Shown: positions 46,656-57,723, counted from the first letter of the stretch. The stretch is 64,000 nt of DNA from Candidatus Poribacteria bacterium (GCA_964291315.2 OZ219753.1:1216001-1280000); one strand, 5' to 3'. Notes: generated by a model not told the origin, from the letters alone. Program-made: numbers and translations.

Positions 46656-49016
46656 ATGCGATTCACCTATTTTTGGCCCGGCTGGGCAGTCGCCCTCGGT
46701 ATCTGCATTGCTATCGGCGTAACCTTGTTTGTTTACTTCCGAATGGCGCGTTCCATGCCACCGAGGTATAGGGTTTTGCTCGTTATGCTGCGCACCTTCG
46801 CAGTGTCAATCTTGATCGCTTGTCTTTTAGCCCCCGTTGTTCGCGAGAAAAAGGACACTACGCCGCCGACACACCTCTCTGTTCTCGTAGATACATCGCG
46901 AAGTATGGAAATCGTGGACGCTCGTATTGATCAAACACCAAAGGCGAGACTGAGTGAGGTGAATCAACTCCTATTTGATGCACCGAGGGGACTCCTCCAG
47001 GCTTTGAAGGATCGATTTGAGATTCATCTCTACCCTTTTGATACAGGGCTCCATCAAAGTGTACCGCTTACCCAAGACGCTGATACCGACACGCCGCAGC
47101 TTGAACCTCACGGGGCCCTTACAGACATTGGCGGGGCAATACAAGAAGCTGTAGCAACCTGGAAAGGACAACAAACTGCCGGTGTTGTACTCATTACGGA
47201 TGGTGGACACAATTCGGGGCAGTTCCCTTGGGCGGCAATGACAGCGTTAGAAGTGCCCATCTACACAATAGGAGTCGGTGCAGTAGAACCACCAAAAGAC
47301 ATTCTGGTTCAACACATTGATTACGCCCCTATTGCCTACACGGGTCATGAAAGCACAATCCGGGTGAATGTGGTGCAAACTGGCTATACCGGCAAGACAA
47401 CACAGATATCTTTGCGTGAATCGAACGGAAATACGCTCATAGATACCGCAACGCTGACTTTTGGCGTTGATTCACAGCAGGTTCCCGAACCCCTAGCAGA
47501 AAACGCCCATATGAATATCACGACAAAACAGGTGATTGAACTGAAGCTGACCCCAGAGATGGAGGGCAACTTCCAATATACTCTCACACTTCCAGTATTT
47601 GATGGTGAGCTCACAGAGGCGAACAATCAAAAGACATTTTTCGTGAAGGTTGTGAAGGCAAAACTCGATGTCTTCTATCTTGAAGGCAGACCGAGATGGG
47701 ATTACACCTTCTTGAAACGGGTATTAACACGAGATCCAAATATTGAGGCGACCTGTGCAATTTTATCGCGTAGCGGATTAAGGCAGCCGCCGGTTGATAC
47801 AGCCGTTCGTCGTTTAGATGGATATTACCCCCAATCTACATCGGTATCTGAAATAACGCGATTCCCCGAGACATCTCTTGAGCTTTCCAAATACGATGTG
47901 CTAATTTTAGGCGATGTGGGTAAAAAGCATCTTACCGCAGCGCAGCAACTGGCAATTGTTGACTTCGTTGAGAAACAAGGCAAACCTATTATTTTTCTCC
48001 CATCTCAGCATATGGTCGGTGTAGACGGACTTAGGAACACGGAATTAGCACATCTTCTACCGATTGACATCCCGGCAGGGGGATGCCGGGTACACGACAC
48101 AGAATTCACTGTGCAGCTGACGCAATCCGGCATGTTTCATCCGATGCTCCAGATGAGTGACGGCGGAAGCACGCTAGAAAACAGTACTGATCTGTGGCAA
48201 AATCTTCCTATCTCTTTATCGCGGTTTTTTAGTGAATTCCATCTCAGAGCAGGGGCGACTGTTCTCATGGAGAATGAGAGACGGGCTCCAATCCTGATTC
48301 TGCAAAGGGCAGGCTTAGGTAAAAGTCTTCTCGTCGCGGCAGAAGGACTCTGGAATTGGGATTTTGGCGCGAAAGCCTTTAAAGCGAGTCGCTATCGGAC
48401 AATTTATTCGAGATTCTGGGCACAAGTCCTCCGATGGATGGCAACCAACACGGATGATAAGAAACTCTATCTCTCGACAGATGCTCTAACCTACACAATA
48501 GGAGATACTGCTAAAGTGACGGCGTACTTGTATTCTGATACCTATTCGCAGCAAACAGAGGCCACGATCCAGATTGAGGTCGTGCCGCCTGATGGAATGC
48601 CTTTCCAGCTCCGAATCGGCAGCCCGACACAAAATACAACTTCCGACATCGGAAATGTTTATACCGCACAATTCGAGTTATTACAGAAAGGGACCTACCG
48701 GGTTCGAGCAGTCGGGCGTCATGGGAATTTAACATTAGGCACGGATCATATCGACATCTATGTCCACCCGCAACTTATAGAATTGGAGATGCCGCAACTC
48801 AATGAAGCCTTGTTGGAAGAACTCGCTGAGCAGACTGGCGGTGCTTACTTCGCAATAGAAGACGCGGAATCGCTCCCTGAAAACGTTGCGGATGTTCAGA
48901 CCCGGGTATTCGTTGATACTGAACGTGAACTTTGGGCACATCCGCTGATTCTCATTGCTGTAGTCGGGTTATTAGGCACAGAGTGGTTCTTGCGCAAGCG
49001 GATTGGACTAGTTTGA
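46656..49016 (+). CDS. Membrane-anchored vWA + glutamine-amidotransferase-like domain protein
   Basis: Two N-terminal TMs, MIDAS DTSRS...T...ITDG, EGRPRWDY.FL, YDVLILGD, C-terminal TM ending EWFLRKRIGL. Confidence 0.85.
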   Translation: MRFTYFWPGWAVALGICIAIGVTLFVYFRMARSMPPRYRVLLVMLRTFAVSILIACLLAPVVREKKDTTPPTHLSVLVDTSRSMEIVDARIDQTPKARLSEVNQLLFDAPRGLLQALKDRFEIHLYPFDTGLHQSVPLTQDADTDTPQLEPHGALTDIGGAIQEAVATWKGQQTAGVVLITDGGHNSGQFPWAAMTALEVPIYTIGVGAVEPPKDILVQHIDYAPIAYTGHESTIRVNVVQTGYTGKTTQISLRESNGNTLIDTATLTFGVDSQQVPEPLAENAHMNITTKQVIELKLTPEMEGNFQYTLTLPVFDGELTEANNQKTFFVKVVKAKLDVFYLEGRPRWDYTFLKRVLTRDPNIEATCAILSRSGLRQPPVDTAVRRLDGYYPQSTSVSEITRFPETSLELSKYDVLILGDVGKKHLTAAQQLAIVDFVEKQGKPIIFLPSQHMVGVDGLRNTELAHLLPIDIPAGGCRVHDTEFTVQLTQSGMFHPMLQMSDGGSTLENSTDLWQNLPISLSRFFSEFHLRAGATVLMENERRAPILILQRAGLGKSLLVAAEGLWNWDFGAKAFKASRYRTIYSRFWAQVLRWMATNTDDKKLYLSTDALTYTIGDTAKVTAYLYSDTYSQQTEATIQIEVVPPDGMPFQLRIGSPTQNTTSDIGNVYTAQFELLQKGTYRVRAVGRHGNLTLGTDHIDIYVHPQLIELEMPQLNEALLEELAEQTGGAYFAIEDAESLPENVADVQTRVFVDTERELWAHPLILIAVVGLLGTEWFLRKRIGLV

Positions 49017-49110
49017 AGATGAAAATACTCCGTCTCTGTTGGCGAGATTACCTAACTTCATCTGTTATTCGAACCCAAGTTAAACGCCAACCGGAAAGGT
49101 GGCATACTTT

Positions 49111-49788
49111 ATGGTACAATTACGAAGGTGGCGATTTTCAGTTGTGGTGTGTTGTTTCCTATTTTACACCGCAATCGGTACTCCGGAAGGAGGCGAGAAA
49201 TTCAGAATCGCTCAAGTCCACTATGGCGGCGGCGGGGATTGGTACGGCGACGCAACAGTAATTAAAAATTGGCTTCACCTCCTTCGCACGCGAGCGGATA
49301 TTGAAACTGCCGAAGATAGAACGATACTTAAATTGACGGATCATACCCTTTACCAGCACCCTATGCTCTACCTTGTCGGACACGGAAATATCCGATTCAC
49401 TGAAAGCGAAGTTGAGATTTTGCAAGACTATCTCATGAACGGTGGGTTTCTGTTTGCCAATGATGATTACGGGCTTGACAAGAGTTTTCGGCGTGAAATG
49501 CAGAGGGTATTTCCGAATAAGGAATTACAATTAATACCGAACACACATCTAATTTACCGATGCTTCTACGAACTAGACGGATTGCCTAAAATTCATGAAC
49601 ACGATGCGGAACCCGCACAAGGGTTTGGTCTCTTTCACAATGGAAGAATGATCGTCTACTACGTTTACAGCGCCGACATCGGTGACGGGCTTGAGGATGC
49701 CGACGTACATCCAGAAGATACGCAGCACGTCAGAGAACTCGCAGCAAAAATGGCGGTTAATATCGCTATCTATGTTTTGACGCATTAA
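49111..49788 (+). CDS. DUF4159 domain protein
   Basis: YGGGGDWY, PMLYLVGHG, YLMNGGFLFAND, PKIHEHD, DIGDG.ED, MAVNIAIY. Confidence 0.9.
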   Translation: MVQLRRWRFSVVVCCFLFYTAIGTPEGGEKFRIAQVHYGGGGDWYGDATVIKNWLHLLRTRADIETAEDRTILKLTDHTLYQHPMLYLVGHGNIRFTESEVEILQDYLMNGGFLFANDDYGLDKSFRREMQRVFPNKELQLIPNTHLIYRCFYELDGLPKIHEHDAEPAQGFGLFHNGRMIVYYVYSADIGDGLEDADVHPEDTQHVRELAAKMAVNIAIYVLTH

Positions 49789-49840
49789 TAAGCGGCTCGG
49801 TAGTAGTAGCAATTAATAGCTTGAAATTTGGAGTTGAACT

Positions 49841-52800
49841 ATGAGACAAGATGTAAAACGGGCTTATGAGAATCTGATTGCACACCTCCGTAAGACTCGG
49901 AGACAGTGGCGATGGCTCATCTTCTTAGAAGGTGGGCTGCGGTGTGCCGGTATTCTTGCCCTTGCCACAACAGGTGCTCTCATCTTTTTGGCATTTAGCT
50001 TGCGGGTATGGCAGTTCCCGTTTTCGCACTGGATACGCATCGGTACCGTCTTACTATTAATAGGCAGTGCGGTTTATACTGTGGTATGGACGCTTGTGCT
50101 GCCACTTCGCCGTAAATTGACTGATGCAGCGGTCGCAGCACGGCTTGAATCAACACATATAGAAAACGAATCTGCGTCCGAAAATCGGATCCTAAGTGCC
50201 GTGCAACTCCAGAAAGCATTAACAGATAACCGCTTCGGATACGCTCCTGAGTTTATAGAACACTTGATTGTTCAGACTAATAGCGATATAGAGCAGATGA
50301 AAGATAGCCCGATATTTCAGTCCGAGTTGTCTAGAGTCAGACGAAGCGCGGGAATCGCTGTCACTGGCGTTGGTCTTCTGTTTATCACCCACTTTTTTTT
50401 ACCGACTACCTTCGTCGAGTTCACGCAATTGTTTCAGGCTTTACCCGCAACATTGCAAGTGGGATATGATGATTTAGAAAAATCTATTCGGATTACAGAA
50501 ATTCAACCCGGTAATATCCGGATTAAACGCGGAACGGATGTAGGCATCACCGCAAAAGTAAACGGACACCTTGGCGCGCCCGTCGAACTCTACTATCGGA
50601 TCGGAGAGGCGGATAAAGTTACCACCACGGCAAATTGGCAATCGCTCCTGATGCAAGAGCTGCCCATTGATGTGGGACTTAATTTACAGGTCTTGGAGAC
50701 TTCCTTGGATTACCAGGTGACGCTTGAAAAAGTGAGTCGTCCAATCCAATACTATATCTCCGTTAACGGAGTGGTATCCAATAGATATCAACTCACAATC
50801 AGCAATGAACCTATTGTCACACAGTTTCAGTACCGACTTAACTATCCCGCCTATACACAGCTACAACCCCAGACGATCGCAGCAAATATTGGTGATATCC
50901 AGACGCTTTTTGGGACAGAGGTCGTTTTCATTGGAGAAAGCAATAAACCCATTGAGAAGGCGTCTCTTGTATTCGATGACTCGGGCGATGTGCCTTTGGA
51001 GATTAAAGCCTCGGTTGAACAGCAATCTAGTATACTCCCGCAAAAAAAAGAGCGCATACAAGGTTCTTTTATTGCACAGAAAAGCGACAGTTATCACATC
51101 CGCATTACCGATACCCACGGTTTTATGAATCGGGATCCGATTACACACACACTTACCGTTTTTGAAGATGCTGTTCCTATGGTGTCCATCGTGGCACCGG
51201 CCCGAGATAGCGTCTTGGACAATACGATGTTGGTAGAATTGGAGGTAGAAGCTATGGATGACTACGGCATACAAGAACTTCAACTTGTCCACCGCATTGA
51301 GATTGAAGGTGCTCAAGAAGTAAAGGTGCCGCTGAAACGTTGGAACGTCGAAGAGACGGCGATCCGTAGAGCTGTTTTTCTGACTCATACGTGGGATGTA
51401 GATCAGATCGGTATTTTTCCGGGCGACACGCTTTCTTACTACATTCAAGCCTTAGACAACGACAACGTATCAGGGCCGAACGTTGGTAAATCTCACACCT
51501 ATACGCTTCGTTTCCCATCGCTATCAGAAATGTACGATAGTGTTGCCGCTGATCAGGAAGCCGAACAACGCGGGCTTGATGAACTCTTTGACGAGCAGGC
51601 CGATGCCACTGGATTGGTTGATAACCTCTTGGATAGTATGAAGCGGATGCGTAGAAAAAATCAGGAACTTACGCGCAACGATGAAAATCTCATGCAGCAG
51701 GTGTTTGAACACCAACAACAGATTCAGCAAACAGCGAAACAATTAATCGATAATATGAAACAGACAGCGGAGGAGATGGAACAGAATCAACTCTTTGATA
51801 CTGAAACTATTAAGAAGTATCAGGAGCTGCAGAACCTGATGGAAAAGGCGCTCACTGAAGAACATAAAGAGATTTTACAGAAGCTGTCTGAGGCGTTGGC
51901 AAAACAGCAGATGACCGAGCGCCAGGAAGCAATGACAGAGGCTAATCTCAGCCAGGAGCAGTTTTTGCAACAGTTGGAACGAGCCAAGTCGCTCTACGAA
52001 CAGATCTTGCTTGAGCAGGAATTGGAAGCCGCTGCAAAACAGGCGGCTGCACTCGCTGAACAACAGCAAGAGCTGGTGGACACACTGGAGGCATCCACTG
52101 AACCCGTCCGTTTTAATGACCTGGCAGAGAAAGAAGATAAAATCGGTAAGGCATTCGGGCAGCTCAGCGAAAGATTAGAAAAGCTCGGCACCGAGATGAG
52201 AGAACTCGCTGAAAGTGGTGAGAACGCCCCGCCACAAATAGAGCGACTCGCAGATGAAATCCTACGCCTCAACGAGTTTGCCCACGAGTATAAACTGTCT
52301 GAAGCGCTCACTGATACGAGCACCAATCTCCGAAAAGAGCAGAGCCGCGAGGCACTCGAATCCGGGCGAGCAGCAGAACAGACTTTAACAGAACTGGCAC
52401 AAGGATTGGACAACGCCTTGGCATTTATGGAAGGAGCAAACGCAAATGAAAGCTTAACCGTGATGCGCGAAGCCGTTGAAAGTGGGCTCCTCCTCTCTCA
52501 CCTCCATGAAAAAGTCATCACACAAACGAACGATATCCTGGTTGCCGGACAGATGAAAGCCTATATCCAGAGTGAGATACTGAAGCTGCAAAAACTTGCA
52601 GCAGACGAACTGACTACGGCGGAAGGGATTAGCCGACTGTCAAGTAAGCTTCGGGAGTTAGGGGGGCGGCAGATACAGGTGCCTCCCGAAGTCGTCTTGC
52701 ATCTTAATGCTTCAAACGATGCCCTTGAGCGTGCTGCACGCGCTTTAGAGGATCGGCAGCCGAGCCTTGCACTCCCCATCCAAAGGATGGCACTCGCCGA

Positions 52801-53425
52801 TCTCAATCAAGCAATTTTTGAACTGCTTGAAGCGATGGCACAGATGAACCAACAAATGGGTGCTGACGGGCTTGAAAACATGATGCAGCAGCTCCAACAG
52901 CTCGCTGAAGGTCAAGAGCAGTTGAACCAGATGGCGGAACGTCTGAGCCAACAAATGCGGGATCAAGGACAAACGCCGGGGCTCCAACAGATGATGCAGC
53001 AGCTCGCTGCACAACAGCAACTTATTCGCGAGGCGACTGAACGTCTCGCTGAACGCGCAGAACAGATGTCACAAATGCTCGGGAGTCTTGAAGAGATTGC
53101 TGAGGAGATGCGCGAGGTCGAGAACACACTCCAACAGGGGAGTCTCGATGAACAAGTGCTTGACAGGCAAGCTCAAATTTTAACTCGGATGCTTGATAGT
53201 TTAAGATCGCTGCAAAAACGAGATGTCGGTAAGCAGCGCAAGGCCGAAGTAGCGAAAACGCCTTCAGGGTCTACACAAGAGGCCCATCCCTTGCATCCGG
53301 AATTACTCGAACTTGTTCGGAAGTTAGAAACCACACCAAATGCCAAAGAGTTTGAGGATATTCCGTTTCAATATCGCGAGCAATTAAGGCAGTACTTTAA
53401 AGCACTCTCGCAAAAGAGGCAATAG
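49841..53425 (+). CDS. DUF4175-like membrane protein with long Gln-rich coiled coil
   Basis: N-terminal TMs, YPAYT, DDYGI, DNDNVSGP, Q/E-rich coiled coil, RQAQILTRML, P..YRE....YF. Confidence 0.85.
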   Translation: MRQDVKRAYENLIAHLRKTRRQWRWLIFLEGGLRCAGILALATTGALIFLAFSLRVWQFPFSHWIRIGTVLLLIGSAVYTVVWTLVLPLRRKLTDAAVAARLESTHIENESASENRILSAVQLQKALTDNRFGYAPEFIEHLIVQTNSDIEQMKDSPIFQSELSRVRRSAGIAVTGVGLLFITHFFLPTTFVEFTQLFQALPATLQVGYDDLEKSIRITEIQPGNIRIKRGTDVGITAKVNGHLGAPVELYYRIGEADKVTTTANWQSLLMQELPIDVGLNLQVLETSLDYQVTLEKVSRPIQYYISVNGVVSNRYQLTISNEPIVTQFQYRLNYPAYTQLQPQTIAANIGDIQTLFGTEVVFIGESNKPIEKASLVFDDSGDVPLEIKASVEQQSSILPQKKERIQGSFIAQKSDSYHIRITDTHGFMNRDPITHTLTVFEDAVPMVSIVAPARDSVLDNTMLVELEVEAMDDYGIQELQLVHRIEIEGAQEVKVPLKRWNVEETAIRRAVFLTHTWDVDQIGIFPGDTLSYYIQALDNDNVSGPNVGKSHTYTLRFPSLSEMYDSVAADQEAEQRGLDELFDEQADATGLVDNLLDSMKRMRRKNQELTRNDENLMQQVFEHQQQIQQTAKQLIDNMKQTAEEMEQNQLFDTETIKKYQELQNLMEKALTEEHKEILQKLSEALAKQQMTERQEAMTEANLSQEQFLQQLERAKSLYEQILLEQELEAAAKQAAALAEQQQELVDTLEASTEPVRFNDLAEKEDKIGKAFGQLSERLEKLGTEMRELAESGENAPPQIERLADEILRLNEFAHEYKLSEALTDTSTNLRKEQSREALESGRAAEQTLTELAQGLDNALAFMEGANANESLTVMREAVESGLLLSHLHEKVITQTNDILVAGQMKAYIQSEILKLQKLAADELTTAEGISRLSSKLRELGGRQIQVPPEVVLHLNASNDALERAARALEDRQPSLALPIQRMALADLNQAIFELLEAMAQMNQQMGADGLENMMQQLQQLAEGQEQLNQMAERLSQQMRDQGQTPGLQQMMQQLAAQQQLIREATERLAERAEQMSQMLGSLEEIAEEMREVENTLQQGSLDEQVLDRQAQILTRMLDSLRSLQKRDVGKQRKAEVAKTPSGSTQEAHPLHPELLELVRKLETTPNAKEFEDIPFQYREQLRQYFKALSQKRQ

Positions 53426-53461
53426 TCCTCTTTTGTGTTTGTAATTGTCAGGAGACGCGAT

Positions 53462-54673
53462 ATGCTTAATACAATTGGAGAACACCGAACCCGTATCTCG
53501 CGCCGACATTTCTTAAAGGATGTAACTACCTGCACTTTTGCTGCTGCCCTTGTGCCTAACGTCTTAATCGGTAGCGGTAACGTCTTCGGTGCTCAAAGGG
53601 ATCCCGCTAGCAACCACGTAAGTCTTGAATTTAATATTAAGGAGAAAAATGAAATGAAGACAGCAGTCAGCATCGTTGAGGATGCATTTTACATTAATGG
53701 TGAAATTACCTATCCCGGCCGTTTCTACCAAGATAACAAAATAGAAGGGTTGCTCATCAACACCCGCATGGTGCAAGGCATCTTTGATGATAGAAACCCA
53801 GAGACGATTCACTTGTGGGAATACCCGGATACAGGCGAATGGGATGCTGAGCGCAACACGCGTGAATTTTTAGCTGCGATGCCGATCTGGCGTGCTCACG
53901 GTGTGTTAGCATTTACTATTAACCTCCAAGGCGGGAGTCCGGAGGGTTACTCTAAAGCACAGCCGTGGCACAACTCCGGCATAGAAGCCGATGGCAGCCT
54001 CAACCCGGATTACCTGTCGCGACTAGGACGCATTATCGACTTTGCTGATGCACTCGGTATGGTTGTCATCCTCGGCTATTTCTACTTTGGGCAAGACCAT
54101 CGTTTGAAAGACGAGGGTGCTGTCAAGCAGGCTGTAGACAACGCAACCGGATGGCTCCTCGATAACGGCTACACCAATGTTATCGTTGAGGTTAACAACG
54201 AATGTAACGTCAGATATTCACACGAAATTCTACAGCCCGCGCGGGTGCATGAATTGATCGAACGGGTGAAAGCAACCACGCGCAATGGTAATAGATTCCT
54301 CGTCGGAACGAGTTATGGCGGCGGTCGGGTGCCGCTTGAAAATGTCGTCGGTTCCTCGGACTTCCTACTAGTCCACGGGAACGGTGTAAAAGATCCCAAC
54401 CGTATTATCTCTATGGTTCAACAAACGCGCCAAGTGCCGGGTTACCGTCCGATGCCGATTCTGTTCAATGAAGATGACCATTTTGACTTTGACAAACCGT
54501 TAAACAATTTCATAGCAGCCGTGAGTCAGTACGCCTCATGGGGCTACTTTGACCCGGGTGAGAACAACTATCATGAGGGTTACCAATCGGTGCCGGTGCA
54601 GTGGCAAATCAACACGCCACGCAAACGTGCCTTTTTTCAGAAGGCGCGCGACATCACTGGATTTAGCGGTTAG
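53462..54673 (+). CDS. Tat-signal protein, putative TIM-barrel glycoside-hydrolase-like
   Basis: SRRHFLK twin-arginine motif plus hydrophobic segment. EVNNEC and FNEDDH resemble clan GH-A acid/base and nucleophile positions (inference). Confidence 0.65.
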   Translation: MLNTIGEHRTRISRRHFLKDVTTCTFAAALVPNVLIGSGNVFGAQRDPASNHVSLEFNIKEKNEMKTAVSIVEDAFYINGEITYPGRFYQDNKIEGLLINTRMVQGIFDDRNPETIHLWEYPDTGEWDAERNTREFLAAMPIWRAHGVLAFTINLQGGSPEGYSKAQPWHNSGIEADGSLNPDYLSRLGRIIDFADALGMVVILGYFYFGQDHRLKDEGAVKQAVDNATGWLLDNGYTNVIVEVNNECNVRYSHEILQPARVHELIERVKATTRNGNRFLVGTSYGGGRVPLENVVGSSDFLLVHGNGVKDPNRIISMVQQTRQVPGYRPMPILFNEDDHFDFDKPLNNFIAAVSQYASWGYFDPGENNYHEGYQSVPVQWQINTPRKRAFFQKARDITGFSG

Positions 54674-54714
54674 ATCCACTAGCGTGTACACATTAGGAGG
54701 GAGAAATACCAAAA

Positions 54715-55485
54715 ATGCCACAAATTGATCCGATCTATTTTGCAGTTGTCGTTGCCGTTGTTGTTATGCTTGGAACGAGCATCCGAATCCTTAAAGAATA
54801 TGAACGCGCTGTGATCTTCCGACTCGGACGCTTGACAGCTACTCGCGGCCCCGGGCTGGTGTTTATGATCCCGTTCTGGATTGAACGGATGCAACGCGTC
54901 AGCCTAAGGATTGTCGTTAACGATGTAACCCCACAAGATGTTATCACGAAGGATAACGTCTCTGTCAGTGTCAATGCTGTGCTGACTTTCAGGGTGACCG
55001 ACCCCGATAAAGCGGTGATTGAGGTGGAGGACTTCGGTTTCGCTATCGCCCAAACTGCACAGACAACTCTGCGGAGCGCGCTTGGACGTGCAGAACTCGA
55101 TGACCTGCTCTCGGAGCGTGAAAAGTTAAACCAGGACCTGGCGGATATTATCAAAAAGCATTGCGAACCGTGGGGAGTTGAGGTACTATCCATGGAGATC
55201 AAACACGTTGATCTGCCTGTTGAGATGCAGCGCGCAATGGCGAAACAGGCGGAAGCGGAACGAGAACGCCGCGCCAAAGTCACACACGCTGAGGGCGAGT
55301 TCGAGTCGGCGGAGGTCCTAACGAACGCTGCGGAAATTCTCAGTAGAACTCCGACAGCCGTGCAGCTCCGCTTCCTGCAGGCGCTGGTAGAGGTCAGCGC
55401 GGAGAAAAACTCAACTGTCGTTTTCCCAATCCCGATAGACCTGCTGAGTCCGTTCCTTGACAAATTGAAACCAGCCGAGAAGTAG
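54715..55485 (+). CDS. SPFH/Band 7 stomatin-like (slipin) protein
   Basis: [47 protein letters not shown]. Confidence 0.96.
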   Translation: MPQIDPIYFAVVVAVVVMLGTSIRILKEYERAVIFRLGRLTATRGPGLVFMIPFWIERMQRVSLRIVVNDVTPQDVITKDNVSVSVNAVLTFRVTDPDKAVIEVEDFGFAIAQTAQTTLRSALGRAELDDLLSEREKLNQDLADIIKKHCEPWGVEVLSMEIKHVDLPVEMQRAMAKQAEAERERRAKVTHAEGEFESAEVLTNAAEILSRTPTAVQLRFLQALVEVSAEKNSTVVFPIPIDLLSPFLDKLKPAEK

Positions 55486-55931
55486 ACTCCCTACGGATCG
55501 CACTTTCAGGTGGAAGTATTTGTGATACTCATAAATGGTAAATCCGTATGTTACTTATCGTTTTTTAGACCACTGCCTAGATATGGGGCCCGAAGGATGC
55601 CCTTTATCAAGGTTACATAGGTCCGGTTGATGCCGGATCCCTACGGAGGATACCACGAACTAACACTAGTACTTCTATCTGTTTCTATCTTTCGCTTATA
55701 GCAAGTAGGAACATTGCTATAATAGTGTATAACAGATTTTATAGCGTCTCTCACATTTATTATTTTAACAAACGCACGAGAGAAGGGGTTCAATCCAAGC
55801 CGTAAGATTTCGGGATTGTTAAGAGGTCCCTTCAGATACCTATAGCATATTTATCTCGTCTCGGATCAGCCCGCCCATGAAGCTGTTTCCCTTGGTATCA
55901 AAGGCAATACCTTTGCGCTATGGCGCAGCAT

Positions 55932-56183
55932 CTATCCGTTGCTAATAATATCTTCTGACATATAAAGCTCAACAACGTTGAGCAGCGAAGCCTCTGCGAC
56001 GGCGGTGTCAAATATATTAGTGCAAGTAAGCAACATGCGCGCCAGCAAGGCTTGCAAACTCGCCACTATCCTGCATGTTCCGGTTACAGTAGATCGGTGT
56101 GTTGTACCGCGTGATCGAAAAGCCGTGCTTACCTTCGTGCTCTTTTCTATAGCGAGTTCTATGGCGGACTTTAGAACCAGCAT
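55932..56183 (-). CDS. Possible small hypothetical protein
   Basis: 83-aa ATG ORF with a GAGG RBS just downstream of the glutaredoxin-like gene. No recognisable motif. Confidence 0.3.
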   Translation of the reverse strand: MLVLKSAIELAIEKSTKVSTAFRSRGTTHRSTVTGTCRIVASLQALLARMLLTCTNIFDTAVAEASLLNVVELYMSEDIISNG

Positions 56184-56192
56184 GTATAAACC

Positions 56193-56480
56193 TCATCTAT
56201 CTCTTTGGGTTATAACCTTCCGAATCCAATGCCACCGGAGCTGCCATGCTAACTTCCAATAGCGGGTCCGGTGTGTGAAAAGTCTGTGTCCATCTAACTC
56301 GAGCACAGGAATTAGACGCTTATATTTTGTGAACAGTCCCAGATTTTTTGTGATGTCAACTTCGGTTATGGACAGATACGATGTGTTCGCTCCGATGCGC
56401 TGCAGTATTAATTTTGCCTCGTCACAAAGCTGACAATCTGCTTTCGTATAGAATTGGAGTCGCATCGGTTTGGTTTTCAA
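56193..56480 (-). CDS. Glutaredoxin-like protein (DUF836)
   Basis: YTKADCQLCDEAK, EVDI, Y...IPVLELDG. Start may be the ATG at 56465. Confidence 0.85.
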   Translation of the reverse strand: MKTKPMRLQFYTKADCQLCDEAKLILQRIGANTSYLSITEVDITKNLGLFTKYKRLIPVLELDGHRLFTHRTRYWKLAWQLRWHWIRKVITQRDR

Positions 56481-56582
56481 CAGAGTTGCCCAACAGAAAA
56501 CATAGAGGATAGTACTCAGAAATCGATACGTCAGAGTTTAGCATAGGTAACTCAAAATTACACGTACTTCTGAAAACAGTAT

Positions 56583-57614
56583 TTATGCGAAACGAACGCC
56601 TAATTTTACATTTTCACTTGGATGTGTTGCGATCTTCGGATATTCGTCCAATAAATCGTTGAAATCGACGATAGGCTGCACAATTGGTTCAGATTGCAGG
56701 GTGCCGTTGCAAAGGAGTCGCCAGCTGATTTCAAAGAGTCTGTCTTCGTTCCAATTTGGATATTCCGGATTGGGTTCGCTGCAAGCGCGTGAAAAAATAA
56801 TTGTAGGTCGATTGAAATGGGCTTCGGCGCCGAGGTCTAATCCTGCTGGGTAGATACCCGGCCATGCCCCGGCGACAACCGTTCCTAAATACGTCACGCC
56901 GCGGATAGCTGCTTGTAATGCACTGTGATGCCCGCTGTATTCGATGCAAACATCGGCACCGCGCTTGTTAGTAGCCTTCTTAATTTCCAGCCCGGCATCC
57001 TCTGCTGCCGAGTCAATGACGATATCAGCTCCACATTCAAGAGCCACATTGCGGCGTATTTCAAGCGGATCGACACCGATTACGGGATACGCACCTGCCG
57101 ATTTAGCGAGCTGCAGTGCCATGAGTCCAATACCGCCCAATCCAAAGACCGCGACTGCATCACCAATTCGGACGTGCCCATCACGCACGGCTCCGAGAGC
57201 GAAATCTGTGGGATCCAGGCAGACTGCTGCCTGCCAGGGCACGCCTTCAGGAAGCAGGCGCACGGATCCTGCATCCCAGACATGTTCCTCTCGGAAGGAA
57301 CTGTGCCGAAAAACACGCGCTCCGAGTTCGATTCCGGTGACATCCGCGCCGATTTCAGTTACTTCGCCAACACACATGTTACCTAGCCCGGAAGGGTAGT
57401 TCACCATTCCGGTACCATTTTCTCGAAAGATCTTATATTCTCCATCGTAGGCCCCGCGTGGGCCGGCATAACCCTTATAAGTTGCCATCTCTGAACCGTG
57501 TTTCGCTGCGCCGAACTCGCTCTTAACGCGAATTTGGTTGGAGTGTAAGTCCGGACTCTCATAGTGCCGGAAGGCGACCTGTTCTTGGGCAGGGGCGATA
57601 AGTTCTCTTGGCAT
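56583..57614 (-). CDS. Zinc-binding/MDR family alcohol dehydrogenase-like oxidoreductase
   Basis: VGEVTEIG, AVFGLGGIG, GADVCIEYSG. ATG at 57614 with GAAAGGA RBS. Confidence 0.88.
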   Translation of the reverse strand: MPRELIAPAQEQVAFRHYESPDLHSNQIRVKSEFGAAKHGSEMATYKGYAGPRGAYDGEYKIFRENGTGMVNYPSGLGNMCVGEVTEIGADVTGIELGARVFRHSSFREEHVWDAGSVRLLPEGVPWQAAVCLDPTDFALGAVRDGHVRIGDAVAVFGLGGIGLMALQLAKSAGAYPVIGVDPLEIRRNVALECGADIVIDSAAEDAGLEIKKATNKRGADVCIEYSGHHSALQAAIRGVTYLGTVVAGAWPGIYPAGLDLGAEAHFNRPTIIFSRACSEPNPEYPNWNEDRLFEISWRLLCNGTLQSEPIVQPIVDFNDLLDEYPKIATHPSENVKLGVRFA

Positions 57615-57723
57615 ATCTGCTAGTTTCCTTTCTAACATAGGTTCGAAAAAGGTTTGTAAGTGTAGCAAAGGTCGGGGTACCGACCCAATTTCATTTGAGA
57701 TTCACGAGGCATGCCTGCAATTC

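Noticed and set aside
54735-55463. 242-aa antisense ORF and similar long shadow ORFs (e.g. 121-747, 8987-9664, 16701-17306)
   Set aside because: They lie opposite well-supported genes and have no recognisable motifs.
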